Shown piece by piece: positions 19,311-28,890 of a stretch of 64,000 nucleotides of DNA. The stretch covers positions 2,258,236-2,322,235 of the forward strand of contig OZ252246.1 in assembly GCA_965249625.1 (NCBI GenBank). Direction: 5' to 3'. How positions within the stretch are numbered: the stretch's first letter is position 1; every line of letters starts with the position of its first letter. The notes under the pieces are model-generated. The model ran no database searches. It saw only the letters and a program-made list of their open reading frames with translations, and was not told where the DNA came from. The translations under genes were made by a program, and so were the position numbers. The stretch is from Nitrospinales bacterium (GTDB lineage Bacteria > Nitrospinota > Nitrospinia > Nitrospinales > VA-1).

Positions 19311-20059
19311 AAACTTTCGCAATTTTTATATTCAGCGGATTTTTTATACTCCGCCCACTTGCCGTGGAGGCAGATAGCAATAGCCTAACAAACCACCAGG
19401 CACCCTTGAGCACGAAGAAAAACCAGATTCAGTTGCCAGCGGAGGCACTCCGCCTTGCCGACGCAGGGATCCTGGAAAATAAAAATTGCGGCTCCTGCCA
19501 CCGGTTGAATGCTGAAGAGACCGAAAAAAGTTTTACCGGGCCGGACCTGCATTATGCCGGCAGCAAATTCCAACCAAAATGGTTGATCAAATTTCTGAAA
19601 AACCCTGAGATCATCCGGCCTGGCAGATTCATCACCGCTCCCGGGTTTTTAAAGGGGATCTCCGAAAACCCGCCGCCGCATCCTTCATTTCCTGAAGAAG
19701 AGGCCAATGCCATGGCGGCAGAGCTAATAGGTTTAAAAATTCCCAGGCAAACGTCGGTCACTCCCGAGCCTCTGTCAAAGGGGCAACGCGCCAAAATCAA
19801 ATATCAGTTTGAGCGAACATTCAGTTGCATCTCCTGCCATCAAAGTTTGAACCTGGCTGGGAAAGTCCGTGGCGGCATATCCGGTCCATCGCTGGTCAAC
19901 GCAGGAAACCGACTGCAGGCCAACTGGGTAGCCGACTGGCTGAGTACACCGGAAGCTTACACGGGAAAGGGGCGAATGCCGCGCTACAAAATGGATCCCG
20001 CCACCCTGATCCAGTTCACCCGGTTTCTCATGATGCTAAAAAAAGAAAACATTAAATAA
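19307..20059 (+). CDS. Dihaem c-type cytochrome
   Basis: Signal peptide; CGSCH and CISCH; 4-nt overlap with the upstream gene. Confidence 0.8.
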   Translation: MKTFAIFIFSGFFILRPLAVEADSNSLTNHQAPLSTKKNQIQLPAEALRLADAGILENKNCGSCHRLNAEETEKSFTGPDLHYAGSKFQPKWLIKFLKNPEIIRPGRFITAPGFLKGISENPPPHPSFPEEEANAMAAELIGLKIPRQTSVTPEPLSKGQRAKIKYQFERTFSCISCHQSLNLAGKVRGGISGPSLVNAGNRLQANWVADWLSTPEAYTGKGRMPRYKMDPATLIQFTRFLMMLKKENIK

Positions 20060-20063
20060 GGCC

Positions 20064-20519
20064 ATGACAATAAATCAAAAAAATTCACTCGCCGGAATAA
20101 TGACCCTGACGCTATGGGTCACCGGCTGCGGACAAAGTGAACAGACCGCCCCTGCCATCAAACCTCCCACACAGCAGGAGGTCGGGAAAACCATTTCGCA
20201 AACTCCACAATCTGCGCTGGTTCAGGTCACGGAAAAAACCCGGCAGACTTATCAATGGTATTGCACCCAATGCCATGGCATGAAAGGAAAGGGCGACGGC
20301 ATCAACGCCAAATTCCTCACGGTCCCACCCCGCAACCACACCAAAGCCGAATATCTCGAAACCCGGACCGATGAGCAACTTTTTGAAGCCATCAAATTCG
20401 GCGGACTTTCTGTAGGCCGGGCTCCCTGTATGCCAGCCTGGGGCCACACTCTCGATGAGGATACCATCCACTCTCTGGTCCAATACATCCGCGATCTGTG
20501 CCAGTGCCGGGCCCTCTAG
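20064..20519 (+). CDS. Monohaem class I cytochrome c lipoprotein
   Basis: Lipobox LWVTGC; CTQCHGMKGKGDG; C-terminal CMPAWG (Met ligand region) typical of small soluble c-type cytochromes. Confidence 0.8.
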   Translation: MTINQKNSLAGIMTLTLWVTGCGQSEQTAPAIKPPTQQEVGKTISQTPQSALVQVTEKTRQTYQWYCTQCHGMKGKGDGINAKFLTVPPRNHTKAEYLETRTDEQLFEAIKFGGLSVGRAPCMPAWGHTLDEDTIHSLVQYIRDLCQCRAL

Positions 20520-20749
20520 TACCCCTTACGGGACATGAAAGCTGTGGAAGAATCTCTCACGAGGGGGCGCAACTGGCAAGAACTCTTTCAGCCGAGGAAA
20601 GTTCTTGCTCGCCAACAAAAGCTATTGCAATTTGCCACCGGTGGCTCGCCGGTTGGCCCCGCGCCGAGTGGTTTGCTATAATCATTCTCTGAGATAAAAA
20701 CAAGTCCCTCCTTAACCCGCACAACTTATAAAAAAAGTGAGGCCTCATA

Positions 20750-22045
20750 ATGATTGAAGTGAAACCGTTCCATGGCCTGCTGTACAACACCAAAGTCACC
20801 GGACCTCTCAAAGAGGTCACCGCTCCGCCATATGATGTGATTTCTCCCGCTCTTCAGGAATCTCTGTACCAGAAAAATCCGCATAATGTCGTGCGCCTGA
20901 TTTTAGGCAAGGAGTTTTCCACCGACTCGGAAATGGACAACCGCTATAGCCGTTCCGCAGACACATTCCGACAATGGCTGGCAGAGGAGGCACTTGTTCG
21001 CGATTCGCAACCGGGATTTTATTTATATAGTCAGGAGTATGAATTCGAGGGAGAAAAATTTTGCCGTACGGGTTTTTTCGCACGCGTCAAAACGGAAGCG
21101 TTCAGCGAAGGCAATATCCTTCCGCATGAGTTCACGCTTTCCAAGGCCAAGACTGACCGCACCCATTTGCTCAATGCCTGCCACGCCAATTTTAGTCCAA
21201 TTTTTGGGCTGTATTCCGACCCCGAAGGCAAAATCGATGCTCTACTCAATGACGAAGGCAATCTGGAACCTTTGTCTGTGATTGATGACGGCAGTGTTGT
21301 GCATCGCATCTGGCGCTTGACCAATTCCGCCACCTGCCGGAAACTCTCTGACCAGATTGGTGACAAAAAAATATATATCGCCGATGGGCACCACCGTTAT
21401 GAAACCGCTCTGGCTTTCGCGGAAGCTAATCAAGGCAAAGTAGAAGATTGCGCCCATGTCATGATGTTCCTGACCAATATGGATTCGGACTCCATGTCGA
21501 TCTTTCCCATTCATCGAGTGGTGAAAAGTCCGGAACCGTTTGACCGCAAGTCGTTCCTTAAAAAAGCCGGAAAATATTTTGACATCACCCCCTGGTCTGG
21601 CCCGCTAAATGGAGCAGAAGTAAAATCCAAACTACAAGAACTGGGGAACGCGCAAATCACTTTCTGCGCTTATATGGGGAAAGACCACACCTTCATTTTG
21701 AAAGTTAAAGACCCCAAAAACGTTGTACCCCTTTTGGACCACGACGAACCCGAGGACATGCAGGTTCTTGATGTCGCTCAACTCCACGCCCTTCTTTTTA
21801 GACACATTCTCAAGATCGATACCCGGGAGAAGACCGGCCAACAATATGTTTCCTACAAGGTGAATTCTGGGGAAGCGATGGGAATGGTAGATAGCGGCGA
21901 ATACGATGTGGCATTTTTCATGAACCCCACTCTCATAGAACATGTGCGACGGTTGGCGGAAAAAGGCGTGCGCCTGCCGCAGAAAGCCACCTTTTTCTAT
22001 CCTAAACTTTTATCGGGACTGGTCATCAATAAATTTGGACCATGA
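20750..22045 (+). CDS. DUF1015 domain-containing protein
   Basis: MIEVKPFHGLLYN...VTAPPYDVIS...IADGHHRYETA are characteristic DUF1015 motifs. Confidence 0.85.
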   Translation: MIEVKPFHGLLYNTKVTGPLKEVTAPPYDVISPALQESLYQKNPHNVVRLILGKEFSTDSEMDNRYSRSADTFRQWLAEEALVRDSQPGFYLYSQEYEFEGEKFCRTGFFARVKTEAFSEGNILPHEFTLSKAKTDRTHLLNACHANFSPIFGLYSDPEGKIDALLNDEGNLEPLSVIDDGSVVHRIWRLTNSATCRKLSDQIGDKKIYIADGHHRYETALAFAEANQGKVEDCAHVMMFLTNMDSDSMSIFPIHRVVKSPEPFDRKSFLKKAGKYFDITPWSGPLNGAEVKSKLQELGNAQITFCAYMGKDHTFILKVKDPKNVVPLLDHDEPEDMQVLDVAQLHALLFRHILKIDTREKTGQQYVSYKVNSGEAMGMVDSGEYDVAFFMNPTLIEHVRRLAEKGVRLPQKATFFYPKLLSGLVINKFGP

Positions 22046-22629
22046 AAATCATATCCACAGAGTTTATAACCGGGGCCGTTTCGGCCAGGCAATACCCAAA
22101 AGGAGTGCTTCCTGAATTCGCGTTTGTTGGCCGTTCCAATGTGGGCAAGTCCTCTCTCATCAAGTCCTTACTCAACCGGAAAAAACTGGTGCGCATCAGT
22201 TCTTCTCCCGGCAAAACCCGAGAAATTAATTTTTTCAACATCAATGATGCAATGATGTTTGCCGACCTTCCAGGCTATGGGTTTGCCAGAGTCCCCCCGG
22301 CCCTGCAGAGGCAGTGGAAAAAAATGATCAAGGAATACCTGACCCAGCGCGAACCTCTCACCGCCATCGTATTCATCGTTGATGTTCGGCGCAAACCAAC
22401 TGAGTTGGATTTGACCTTGAAAGAATGGCTGGAGGAATTGGATAGAGACTATATTCTGGCGATCACCAAGGCCGACAAACTCTCCGCCTCGGAGCGTAGT
22501 AAACAGGTAAAAATAATTAAATCCGCATTCATGGGTAAAAACGCTCTGGACTTCACGGTCTACTCCAGCAAAAACCATACGGGGAGAAAAGAACTCTGGG
22601 CCCAACTACAAAAGCTTGCACACCACTAA
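22042..22629 (+). CDS. engB: Ribosome biogenesis GTP-binding protein YihA/YsxC (EngB)
   Basis: PEFAFVGRSNVGKSSLIKSLLNRK, DLPGYGFA, TKADKL; 4-nt overlap with DUF1015. Confidence 0.9.
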   Translation: MKIISTEFITGAVSARQYPKGVLPEFAFVGRSNVGKSSLIKSLLNRKKLVRISSSPGKTREINFFNINDAMMFADLPGYGFARVPPALQRQWKKMIKEYLTQREPLTAIVFIVDVRRKPTELDLTLKEWLEELDRDYILAITKADKLSASERSKQVKIIKSAFMGKNALDFTVYSSKNHTGRKELWAQLQKLAHH

Positions 22630-22663
22630 CAGGGTGCTGGAAAACTCGTATAGCTGTGTTAGG

Positions 22664-22814
22664 GAGACCTTTGCATAACCCCGGATTCTTCGTCACCTTG
22701 TTCCTCAGAATGACAAATAGCCTTGTATTGTCATTCTGAACGCAGTGAAGACGTGATATTTTTCCTTAAACTTTGTGCCCCGCAGGGGTAATCTCGGGGT
22801 TATGCAAAGGTCTC
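22664..22814. mobile_element. MITE (151 bp) with GAGACCTTTGCATAACCCCG terminal inverted repeats
   Basis: Starts GAGACCTTTGCATAACCCCGG and ends CCGGGGTTATGCAAAGGTCTC; internal sequence nearly identical to the copies at 31935 and 60907; no ORF. Confidence 0.75.
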
Positions 22815-23016
22815 GTTTTAAAAGAGTGGTTAAATTTAAAGCAAGATATAAACTTTTCCGGATGCTCCGGCGGAGCTTCTTCCAAAGACAAAAATGGCGG
22901 GCACTGATATGGTCTCATCCGCTTACCAATCCTGGCTCCGGGAACAACGTTAAGGGTCAAAAGCTCATTAAAATCGGGCACCCAATGCATGAATCGGAAC
23001 AAGCCGACATCTGGAA

Positions 23017-23051
23017 AATAAAAAACCCCTTCCCCGAAAAAGGGAAGGGGT
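23017..23051 (-). terminator. Rho-independent terminator of the ferredoxin gene
   Basis: CCCCTTCCC (23027-23035) / GGGAAGGGG (23043-23051) stem; on the minus strand it is followed by TTTTTTATTTT. Confidence 0.7.
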
Positions 23052-23116
23052 AATAATTGGGTGCCAGTTCTGCCTTATTGCTTCGCCCAAAAAGTTTTAC
23101 CTTCGGCCGCTGGTCG

Positions 23117-23443
23117 TTATCCCCAAAGTTCGTCCGGGACTTCCAGGCGGTCTATCTTTTTACCTTGGGCAATGTGCTGGTCAAGAATTTCATCCACATC
23201 CTCCGGCTGGACCTTCTGGTACCAGACACCATCCGGGTAAACGACAACGACAGGGCCTACTCCACAAGGGCCAAGGCATCCGGTATTTGCAACCATGCAT
23301 TTGCCCAACAACCCTTTTTGCTCCACCCCCATTGCTATCTTTTCAAAAATGGCATTGGAACCCGTTTCTCCGCAGGAGCCTCTAGGGTGCCCGGGCGGGC
23401 GGCTGTTGGTACACACTAAAATATGATAACTTGGTTTCGGCAT
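23117..23443 (-). CDS. Thioredoxin-like [2Fe-2S] ferredoxin
   Basis: YHILVCTNSRPPGHPRGSCG...CLGPCGVGPVVVVYPDGVWY matches the Cys pattern of thioredoxin-like 2Fe-2S ferredoxins. Confidence 0.85.
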   Translation of the reverse strand: MPKPSYHILVCTNSRPPGHPRGSCGETGSNAIFEKIAMGVEQKGLLGKCMVANTGCLGPCGVGPVVVVYPDGVWYQKVQPEDVDEILDQHIAQGKKIDRLEVPDELWG

Positions 23444-23520
23444 CAGTAAATCTCCGTTCAGGTTTATTGAAAAACAGAATGCTACATTAGATGTTTGATA
23501 AAGGAAATAGTTTTTTTTAA

Positions 23521-24624
23521 ATGAAAGTTTTCAACACAAAACCGGATAAGAAAGATGGCTCCCCAGAAGGACAGTTTGACGAGGACTATTTAAAATCCCG
23601 ACTGGAACCTCTCATCAAGGAACCTATTTCCCGCTTTGAGTTTTTCGCGCTGAAGGGCGATGCGTCCGACCGAAGTTATTTCCGCGTCAACTACTGCGTG
23701 AAAAGTCTTCCGACACAAGGGTCATCGATCATCGTCATGCAATTGAAGGAACCGGGCTCTGAAAATGAACCGGACTTCAACCGCACGCAAAAGTTTCTGG
23801 CACATCTTGATATACCGGTTCCTGAAATTTTATATTACGATGCCGACAGAGGACTGCTTTTCCTTGAAGATGGTGGCGACAAGCATTTGGAGGATCTGGC
23901 CCACAATTCCCTCGGGGATATTATTTTCTGGTACCAGAAAGCCATAGAAATTATTGTAGCCATGCAGACCCGCGTCACCCAGAACATACAACCTGATTGC
24001 CCTGCCTTTGCGCTGAAGTTTGATGTTGAAAAACTGATGTGGGAAATGGACTTCATGATAAAACATTATATTCAGGGATTCCTGAAGCGTGGGCTAAATC
24101 AGGACGAAGAGTCGAAAGTCCGGACAGCCCTGCTTGGACTCTGCGAAACCCTGGCCGAAGAGGAAAGGGTTTTTGTTCACCGGGATTTTCATTCAAGAAA
24201 TTTGATGATCCTGAAAGACGACCTTCTACTCCTTGATTTTCAGGATGCCCGGATGGGACCACGCCAATATGATCTGGTATCCCTTTTGAAAGATTCGTAT
24301 GTTGTCCTGAAAGAAGAAACCCGCAATGAATTGTTGAGCTATTACCTTCAGCGTATGGAGCAGGAGGAAAACCGACAAATCCCCCATTCTCCTTTCCTGA
24401 AAATTTTTGACTGGATGTCGATCCAGCGAAACCTGAAAGCCATCGGCACCTTCGCGTTTCAATACATCGAACATAAGAATGAACGATACCTGGAATACCT
24501 TGACCCTACTTTGCAGTACATCCGGGACACCATCCATTCCCGGCCAGACCTGGAACCGCTCGGCCAGGTTTTAAAACAGGCGATTCCCAGGCTCAACGCA
24601 GATACCGGAATTGACAGACCATGA
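23521..24624 (+). CDS. Aminoglycoside phosphotransferase (APH) family kinase, AmgK-like
   Basis: GDASDRSYFRV nucleotide-binding region, catalytic HRDFHSRNLM, LLDFQDA; substrate not assignable from sequence. Confidence 0.75.
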   Translation: MKVFNTKPDKKDGSPEGQFDEDYLKSRLEPLIKEPISRFEFFALKGDASDRSYFRVNYCVKSLPTQGSSIIVMQLKEPGSENEPDFNRTQKFLAHLDIPVPEILYYDADRGLLFLEDGGDKHLEDLAHNSLGDIIFWYQKAIEIIVAMQTRVTQNIQPDCPAFALKFDVEKLMWEMDFMIKHYIQGFLKRGLNQDEESKVRTALLGLCETLAEEERVFVHRDFHSRNLMILKDDLLLLDFQDARMGPRQYDLVSLLKDSYVVLKEETRNELLSYYLQRMEQEENRQIPHSPFLKIFDWMSIQRNLKAIGTFAFQYIEHKNERYLEYLDPTLQYIRDTIHSRPDLEPLGQVLKQAIPRLNADTGIDRP

Positions 24625-25721
24625 TGATCCTCAAAAAATATGTATTGTTCACGTTCCTAAAAGTCTATCTGTTAACCGTGGGTGGTTTGATTGGGATTTA
24701 TTTGATCATTGATTTTTTCGAGCGGGTGGATGAGTTCATGGTAAAAGACGCTCCACTTATTGATCTTGTTTCTTATTATGTTTACAAAATACCTTTTATT
24801 GCCGGCTATATGGCACCCCAGAGCGTACTTTTGGCAACTGTCATCACACTCGCCTCGCTGGCAAGGCAAAATGAGTTCACCGCCATGAAGGCCTGCGGCA
24901 TCAGTGTCACAGGAATCACATTCCCGATCATCGGCGCATCGGTTGTTATTGCTCTTCTGGTATTAGCCTGTAGCGAATATCTTGCCCCCATCACCAACCA
25001 AAAAATGAATTATATTTTTTATAGCAAGGTTCGGGGAAAGGTAACCTATGGGAAAATAGCAAAAAAGAATCTATGGTTCAAAGCTAAGGATCATGCTGTT
25101 TGGAGCGTTGACTCCTTTGACCCGGAAAAATCCGTCCTCCAGGGGGTCATCATTTTGATGCCGGATGAAGACTTTGGAATCAGACAGAGAATCGATGCCC
25201 GGAGTGCTATCTGGTCGGTGAACAAATGGTATTTCAATGATGGCTACATTCGTCAATTTAACAAGGAAGGCCTGGTGTCCACAGAATTCTTCGAGAGCCG
25301 GTCGTTCCCGGTTTCTGAAATCCCGAAAGATTTTGCCAAGATAATAAAAAGACCGGAAGAACTGAGCCTTCGGGAAATGTACGCAACCATTCAGTTGCAT
25401 GCTCAGGAGGGCAAGGACACCTCCCAAGAATGGATCGATCTGCATCGCAACCTGTCTTATCCTTTCATCAGCGTTGTTCTAGCCTTGCTGGCGATTCCCT
25501 TGTCATTGAGGTCCAGCAGGCATGGGGGCCTGCTGTTTTGTGTGGGGGTGAACCTGGCAATGGGTTTTGCTTTCTCTTTCCTCTATGCCCTCAGCATATC
25601 TCTGGGCCGCGGGGGAACCTTTGATCCGATTCTGGCCGCATGGGGTCCCAACCTGCTGTTCACATCTCTTGGATTTTATTTATTGCTCACCATCGACAGT
25701 GAAAAGGCTTTCCCGATTTAA
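24621..25721 (+). CDS. LptF/LptG family LPS export permease
   Basis: 366-aa polytopic protein with the YjgP/YjgQ layout (N-terminal TM bundle, periplasmic beta-jellyroll region, C-terminal TMs); overlaps the upstream gene by 4 nt. Confidence 0.8.
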   Translation: MMILKKYVLFTFLKVYLLTVGGLIGIYLIIDFFERVDEFMVKDAPLIDLVSYYVYKIPFIAGYMAPQSVLLATVITLASLARQNEFTAMKACGISVTGITFPIIGASVVIALLVLACSEYLAPITNQKMNYIFYSKVRGKVTYGKIAKKNLWFKAKDHAVWSVDSFDPEKSVLQGVIILMPDEDFGIRQRIDARSAIWSVNKWYFNDGYIRQFNKEGLVSTEFFESRSFPVSEIPKDFAKIIKRPEELSLREMYATIQLHAQEGKDTSQEWIDLHRNLSYPFISVVLALLAIPLSLRSSRHGGLLFCVGVNLAMGFAFSFLYALSISLGRGGTFDPILAAWGPNLLFTSLGFYLLLTIDSEKAFPI

Positions 25722-25727
25722 CGTTGA

Positions 25728-26660
25728 ATGAAGAAAATCGCTTCCATTGATATTGGTTCCAACACCGTTCGGCTTCTGATTCTGGAATTTGACAAGAACC
25801 GGGATTTCCGTATCCTGGCATCCCGAAGGGTGATCACCCGTCTTGGGGAAGGGATGGACATCCACGGGAAACTGATGGGGCCTCGAATATCTGCAACCCT
25901 CTCAGCTTTGTCTACATTCCGCCAGGACTGCCTGACTCATGGCAACCCTCCCTTACACGCTGTGGCCACCAGTGCCATTCGGGAGGCCTCCAACGGTAAA
26001 GAGTTTGTCCGTCTTGCCCAGGAAGAAACCAGCATCGAAATTAAAATCATCCCTTGGGAAGAAGAAGCCCGCCTCACCCTGGAAGGCGTGTTCTGGAAAA
26101 TACCGCATGAGAACCGCAAGAGTCTCACTCTCGATATCGGCGGCGGCAGTACCGAGTTCATACTCTCTGAAGGAAAAAAAATCGCCGGATTTTGTAGTAG
26201 CTCTTTAGGAGTGGTAAGGCTGACAGAAAAATTTATTCACCAGCATCCGGTGGATAATGCAGAGTACGAAAACCTGACCACCCACTTAAGAAACGAATTG
26301 CAAGCGATCAAGAAAAAACTCTCGGCCTTCATACCGCAGGTATTGATCGGTACAGCGGGGACCGTCACCACATTAGCCGCTTTAAACGAAAATATTTCCC
26401 CTTATGATCCCGAAAAAATTCATGGCGCATTATTGCCCCGGCAGGACATCAAGACCCTGATTCAAGACCTGAAAGGAAAGTCTCTCAACGAACGGTTGGC
26501 GTTAAAACCTCTTGAACGGGGCCGGGAAGATTTGATCATAGCGGGAACAGCAATCGTTCTGGAAACCATGCGGATGTTTCAATGCGATTCCTTGATAGTC
26601 AGCGAATACAGCCTGCGGGAAGGAATCATCCTGAAAGCCTTAGAAGCCGGGGCTCCCTGA
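25728..26660 (+). CDS. Ppx/GppA family phosphatase (exopolyphosphatase-like)
   Basis: IASIDIGSNTVRLLI, LDIGGGSTEF, IGTAGTVTTLA are ASKHA-fold Ppx/GppA motifs. Confidence 0.85.
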   Translation: MKKIASIDIGSNTVRLLILEFDKNRDFRILASRRVITRLGEGMDIHGKLMGPRISATLSALSTFRQDCLTHGNPPLHAVATSAIREASNGKEFVRLAQEETSIEIKIIPWEEEARLTLEGVFWKIPHENRKSLTLDIGGGSTEFILSEGKKIAGFCSSSLGVVRLTEKFIHQHPVDNAEYENLTTHLRNELQAIKKKLSAFIPQVLIGTAGTVTTLAALNENISPYDPEKIHGALLPRQDIKTLIQDLKGKSLNERLALKPLERGREDLIIAGTAIVLETMRMFQCDSLIVSEYSLREGIILKALEAGAP

Positions 26661-26759
26661 CACGGACCTCATATTTCCCATAAAACCCTGACTAAAAAGG
26701 GCTTGGGGATTGATTGAATTTGACTTCAAGGTCCATTTCAGATATGGTTTTCCATCACC

Positions 26760-28559
26760 ATGACTACTAAAAAGAATTCAGCAAAGAAACTAGTTTCCAT
26801 CAAGAGGTCCTCGAAATCTTCAGGGCGCCCCATGAAAGGTCGGGATATTCTGGTTAAAGCTCTCGAGAATGAGGGAGTCAAAGTTATTTTTGGCTATCCT
26901 GGCGGAGCTTCCATGGAAATCCATCAAGGACTGACCCTGACTAAGAAAATACGCATGGTTCTGCCCCGCCACGAACAAGGTGGTTCCTTCGCGGCAGGGG
27001 GCTATGCCCGCGCCACCGGAGAAGTTGGGGTTTGCCTTGCAACATCGGGTCCCGGAGCCACCAACATGATCACCGGCATCATTGATGCCAAGATGGATTC
27101 CATTCCCCTTGTCGCCATCACCGGCCAGGTACCCAGTGCGGTTCTAGGCAGTGACGCGTTTCAGGAAACCGACATCATGGGGGCCACGTTCCCGCTGGTT
27201 AAGCACAGTTATATGATCCAGAATGTCGCGGAAATTCCACGAATCGTTAATGAGGCATTCCATATTGCCCGGACCGGCAGACCCGGACCGGTTCTGATCG
27301 ATATTCCTAAAGATATTCAACAGCAGGAAGGCATCGCTGATTTTGACGTTACGTTCGATTGCCCCAGCTATCGACCCAACGTAAAGCCCTCGATACTGCA
27401 ATGTAAAAAAGCGGCGCACGCTATTCAAACTGCAAAACGTCCACTGATTTACGCGGGGGGCGGCATCATCAGCAGTGGTGCTTCGGAAAACCTGCGGGCC
27501 TTTATTAAAAAAACCGGCATCCCCGTCACCACTACGGTAATGGGTTTGGGGGCAATCCCCTCCAACGATCCACTTTCTTTACGCATGCTGGGAATGCATG
27601 GGGCGGTTTATGCCAATATCGCTATCAACCATGCCGATCTGGTTATCGCCATGGGTGTGCGTTTTGATGACCGGGTCACCGGCAAACTTGCAGAATTCTG
27701 TAAAAACGCACAGTTCATCCATATTGATATCGACCCGACAGAAATCAATAAAAATATTCTGATAGATATCCCCATTCAGGGAGACGTTAAACAGGCGTTA
27801 AAAATTCTTCACGGCTATGTTGAACCCAAGAAAGATATCAAGCCATGGATCAAACAAATACAAGACTGGAAAAAAGAGTTTCCCCTGGGGTTTAAACTTA
27901 AGAAGGGCGAAATTGTTCCGGAATCTGTCGTCGCCGAAGTCAACAAGCTTGCAGCCAAGGACGCTATTTTTTCCGTCGGGGTCGGGCAACACCAGATGTG
28001 GGCGGCTCAGTTTCTCGATTTTGATAAACCCAATAACTGGTTGTGTTCATCCGGCTTGGGGGCAATGGGGTATGGACTGCCCGCCGCCATGGGAGCTCAG
28101 GTTGCGTTTCCCGACCGGCAGGTGATCAACATTGAAGGGGATGGAAGTTTTCTGATGAATATTCAGGAACTGCAAACCCTGAAAATAGAAAATATCCCGG
28201 TAAAAAATATTGTTCTCAACAACGCTCATTTAGGAATGGTGGCCCAGTGGGAAGACCGCTTTTACAAATCCCTTCGCGGCCATACTTTCATCGGCGATGC
28301 CAACTTTGCCGAGGTCGCGCACGCTTTTGGAATCAAATCTGAAAGTATTACCGATCAGAAAGATGTTGTTCCGGCTTTAAAGCGCATGCTCAAACACAAA
28401 GGGCCTTATGTCCTGGATGTTAAGTATCCTTACAACGACAAAGTCCATGGACATGTCATGCCTATGATTCCGGCGAATCATACTTATCTGGATACCTGTC
28501 TGGACGCTTCCACATCGCTTCGGGATTACTGGAAAAATAAAGGTGTGCTGGAAGAATGA
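26760..28559 (+). CDS. ilvB: Acetolactate synthase large subunit, biosynthetic type
   Basis: VFGYPGGASMEI, SGPGATNMITGI, GLGAMGYGLPAAMGA, EGDGSFLMNIQEL TPP-binding motif; a later start (MKGRDIL, 26832) is possible. Confidence 0.9.
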   Translation: MTTKKNSAKKLVSIKRSSKSSGRPMKGRDILVKALENEGVKVIFGYPGGASMEIHQGLTLTKKIRMVLPRHEQGGSFAAGGYARATGEVGVCLATSGPGATNMITGIIDAKMDSIPLVAITGQVPSAVLGSDAFQETDIMGATFPLVKHSYMIQNVAEIPRIVNEAFHIARTGRPGPVLIDIPKDIQQQEGIADFDVTFDCPSYRPNVKPSILQCKKAAHAIQTAKRPLIYAGGGIISSGASENLRAFIKKTGIPVTTTVMGLGAIPSNDPLSLRMLGMHGAVYANIAINHADLVIAMGVRFDDRVTGKLAEFCKNAQFIHIDIDPTEINKNILIDIPIQGDVKQALKILHGYVEPKKDIKPWIKQIQDWKKEFPLGFKLKKGEIVPESVVAEVNKLAAKDAIFSVGVGQHQMWAAQFLDFDKPNNWLCSSGLGAMGYGLPAAMGAQVAFPDRQVINIEGDGSFLMNIQELQTLKIENIPVKNIVLNNAHLGMVAQWEDRFYKSLRGHTFIGDANFAEVAHAFGIKSESITDQKDVVPALKRMLKHKGPYVLDVKYPYNDKVHGHVMPMIPANHTYLDTCLDASTSLRDYWKNKGVLEE

Positions 28560-28890
28560 AATCGCCCGGCTGGCTGAAAAAATTTCCTGAACAGAAAATT
28601 ATTTTTGAGGTGGATGCGGCTTTTGAAACCTGTCAATTCATAAGAAAACCCTGACCCTTTTAATTGGAACACTTTTTGCCGCTCACTGAACCGATAAAAC
28701 ATAAACTCGATACGTTGATCCGGTTTGTGATCTGGATAGACCTCACCATCCTGCTGTTGTATTTTTTGAGTAGCCAGTTTGGTGTTTCCTTCCCTTTTCC
28801 CCTTCCAGGAAAAAAGCTGAATAATCCACTGGCCCTGCTTTTACTGCTATTTTCCATAGCACTCCTCATCGATTTTATTTTTTCGCTTTT

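Noticed and set aside
20575-20612. Hairpin GCAAGAACTCTTTC / GAAAGTTCTTGC as the terminator of the cytochrome operon
   Set aside because: - The stem is good, with one bulge, but no U-run follows on either strand.
- It lies within a REP-like repeat block.
- I therefore do not call it an intrinsic terminator.
22766-23053. ORFs 22766..23002(-) and 22775..23053(+) between engB and the ferredoxin gene
   Set aside because: - Both start inside or run through the MITE at 22664-22814 and the ferredoxin terminator.
- They mirror each other on opposite strands.
- Neither shows a recognisable domain.
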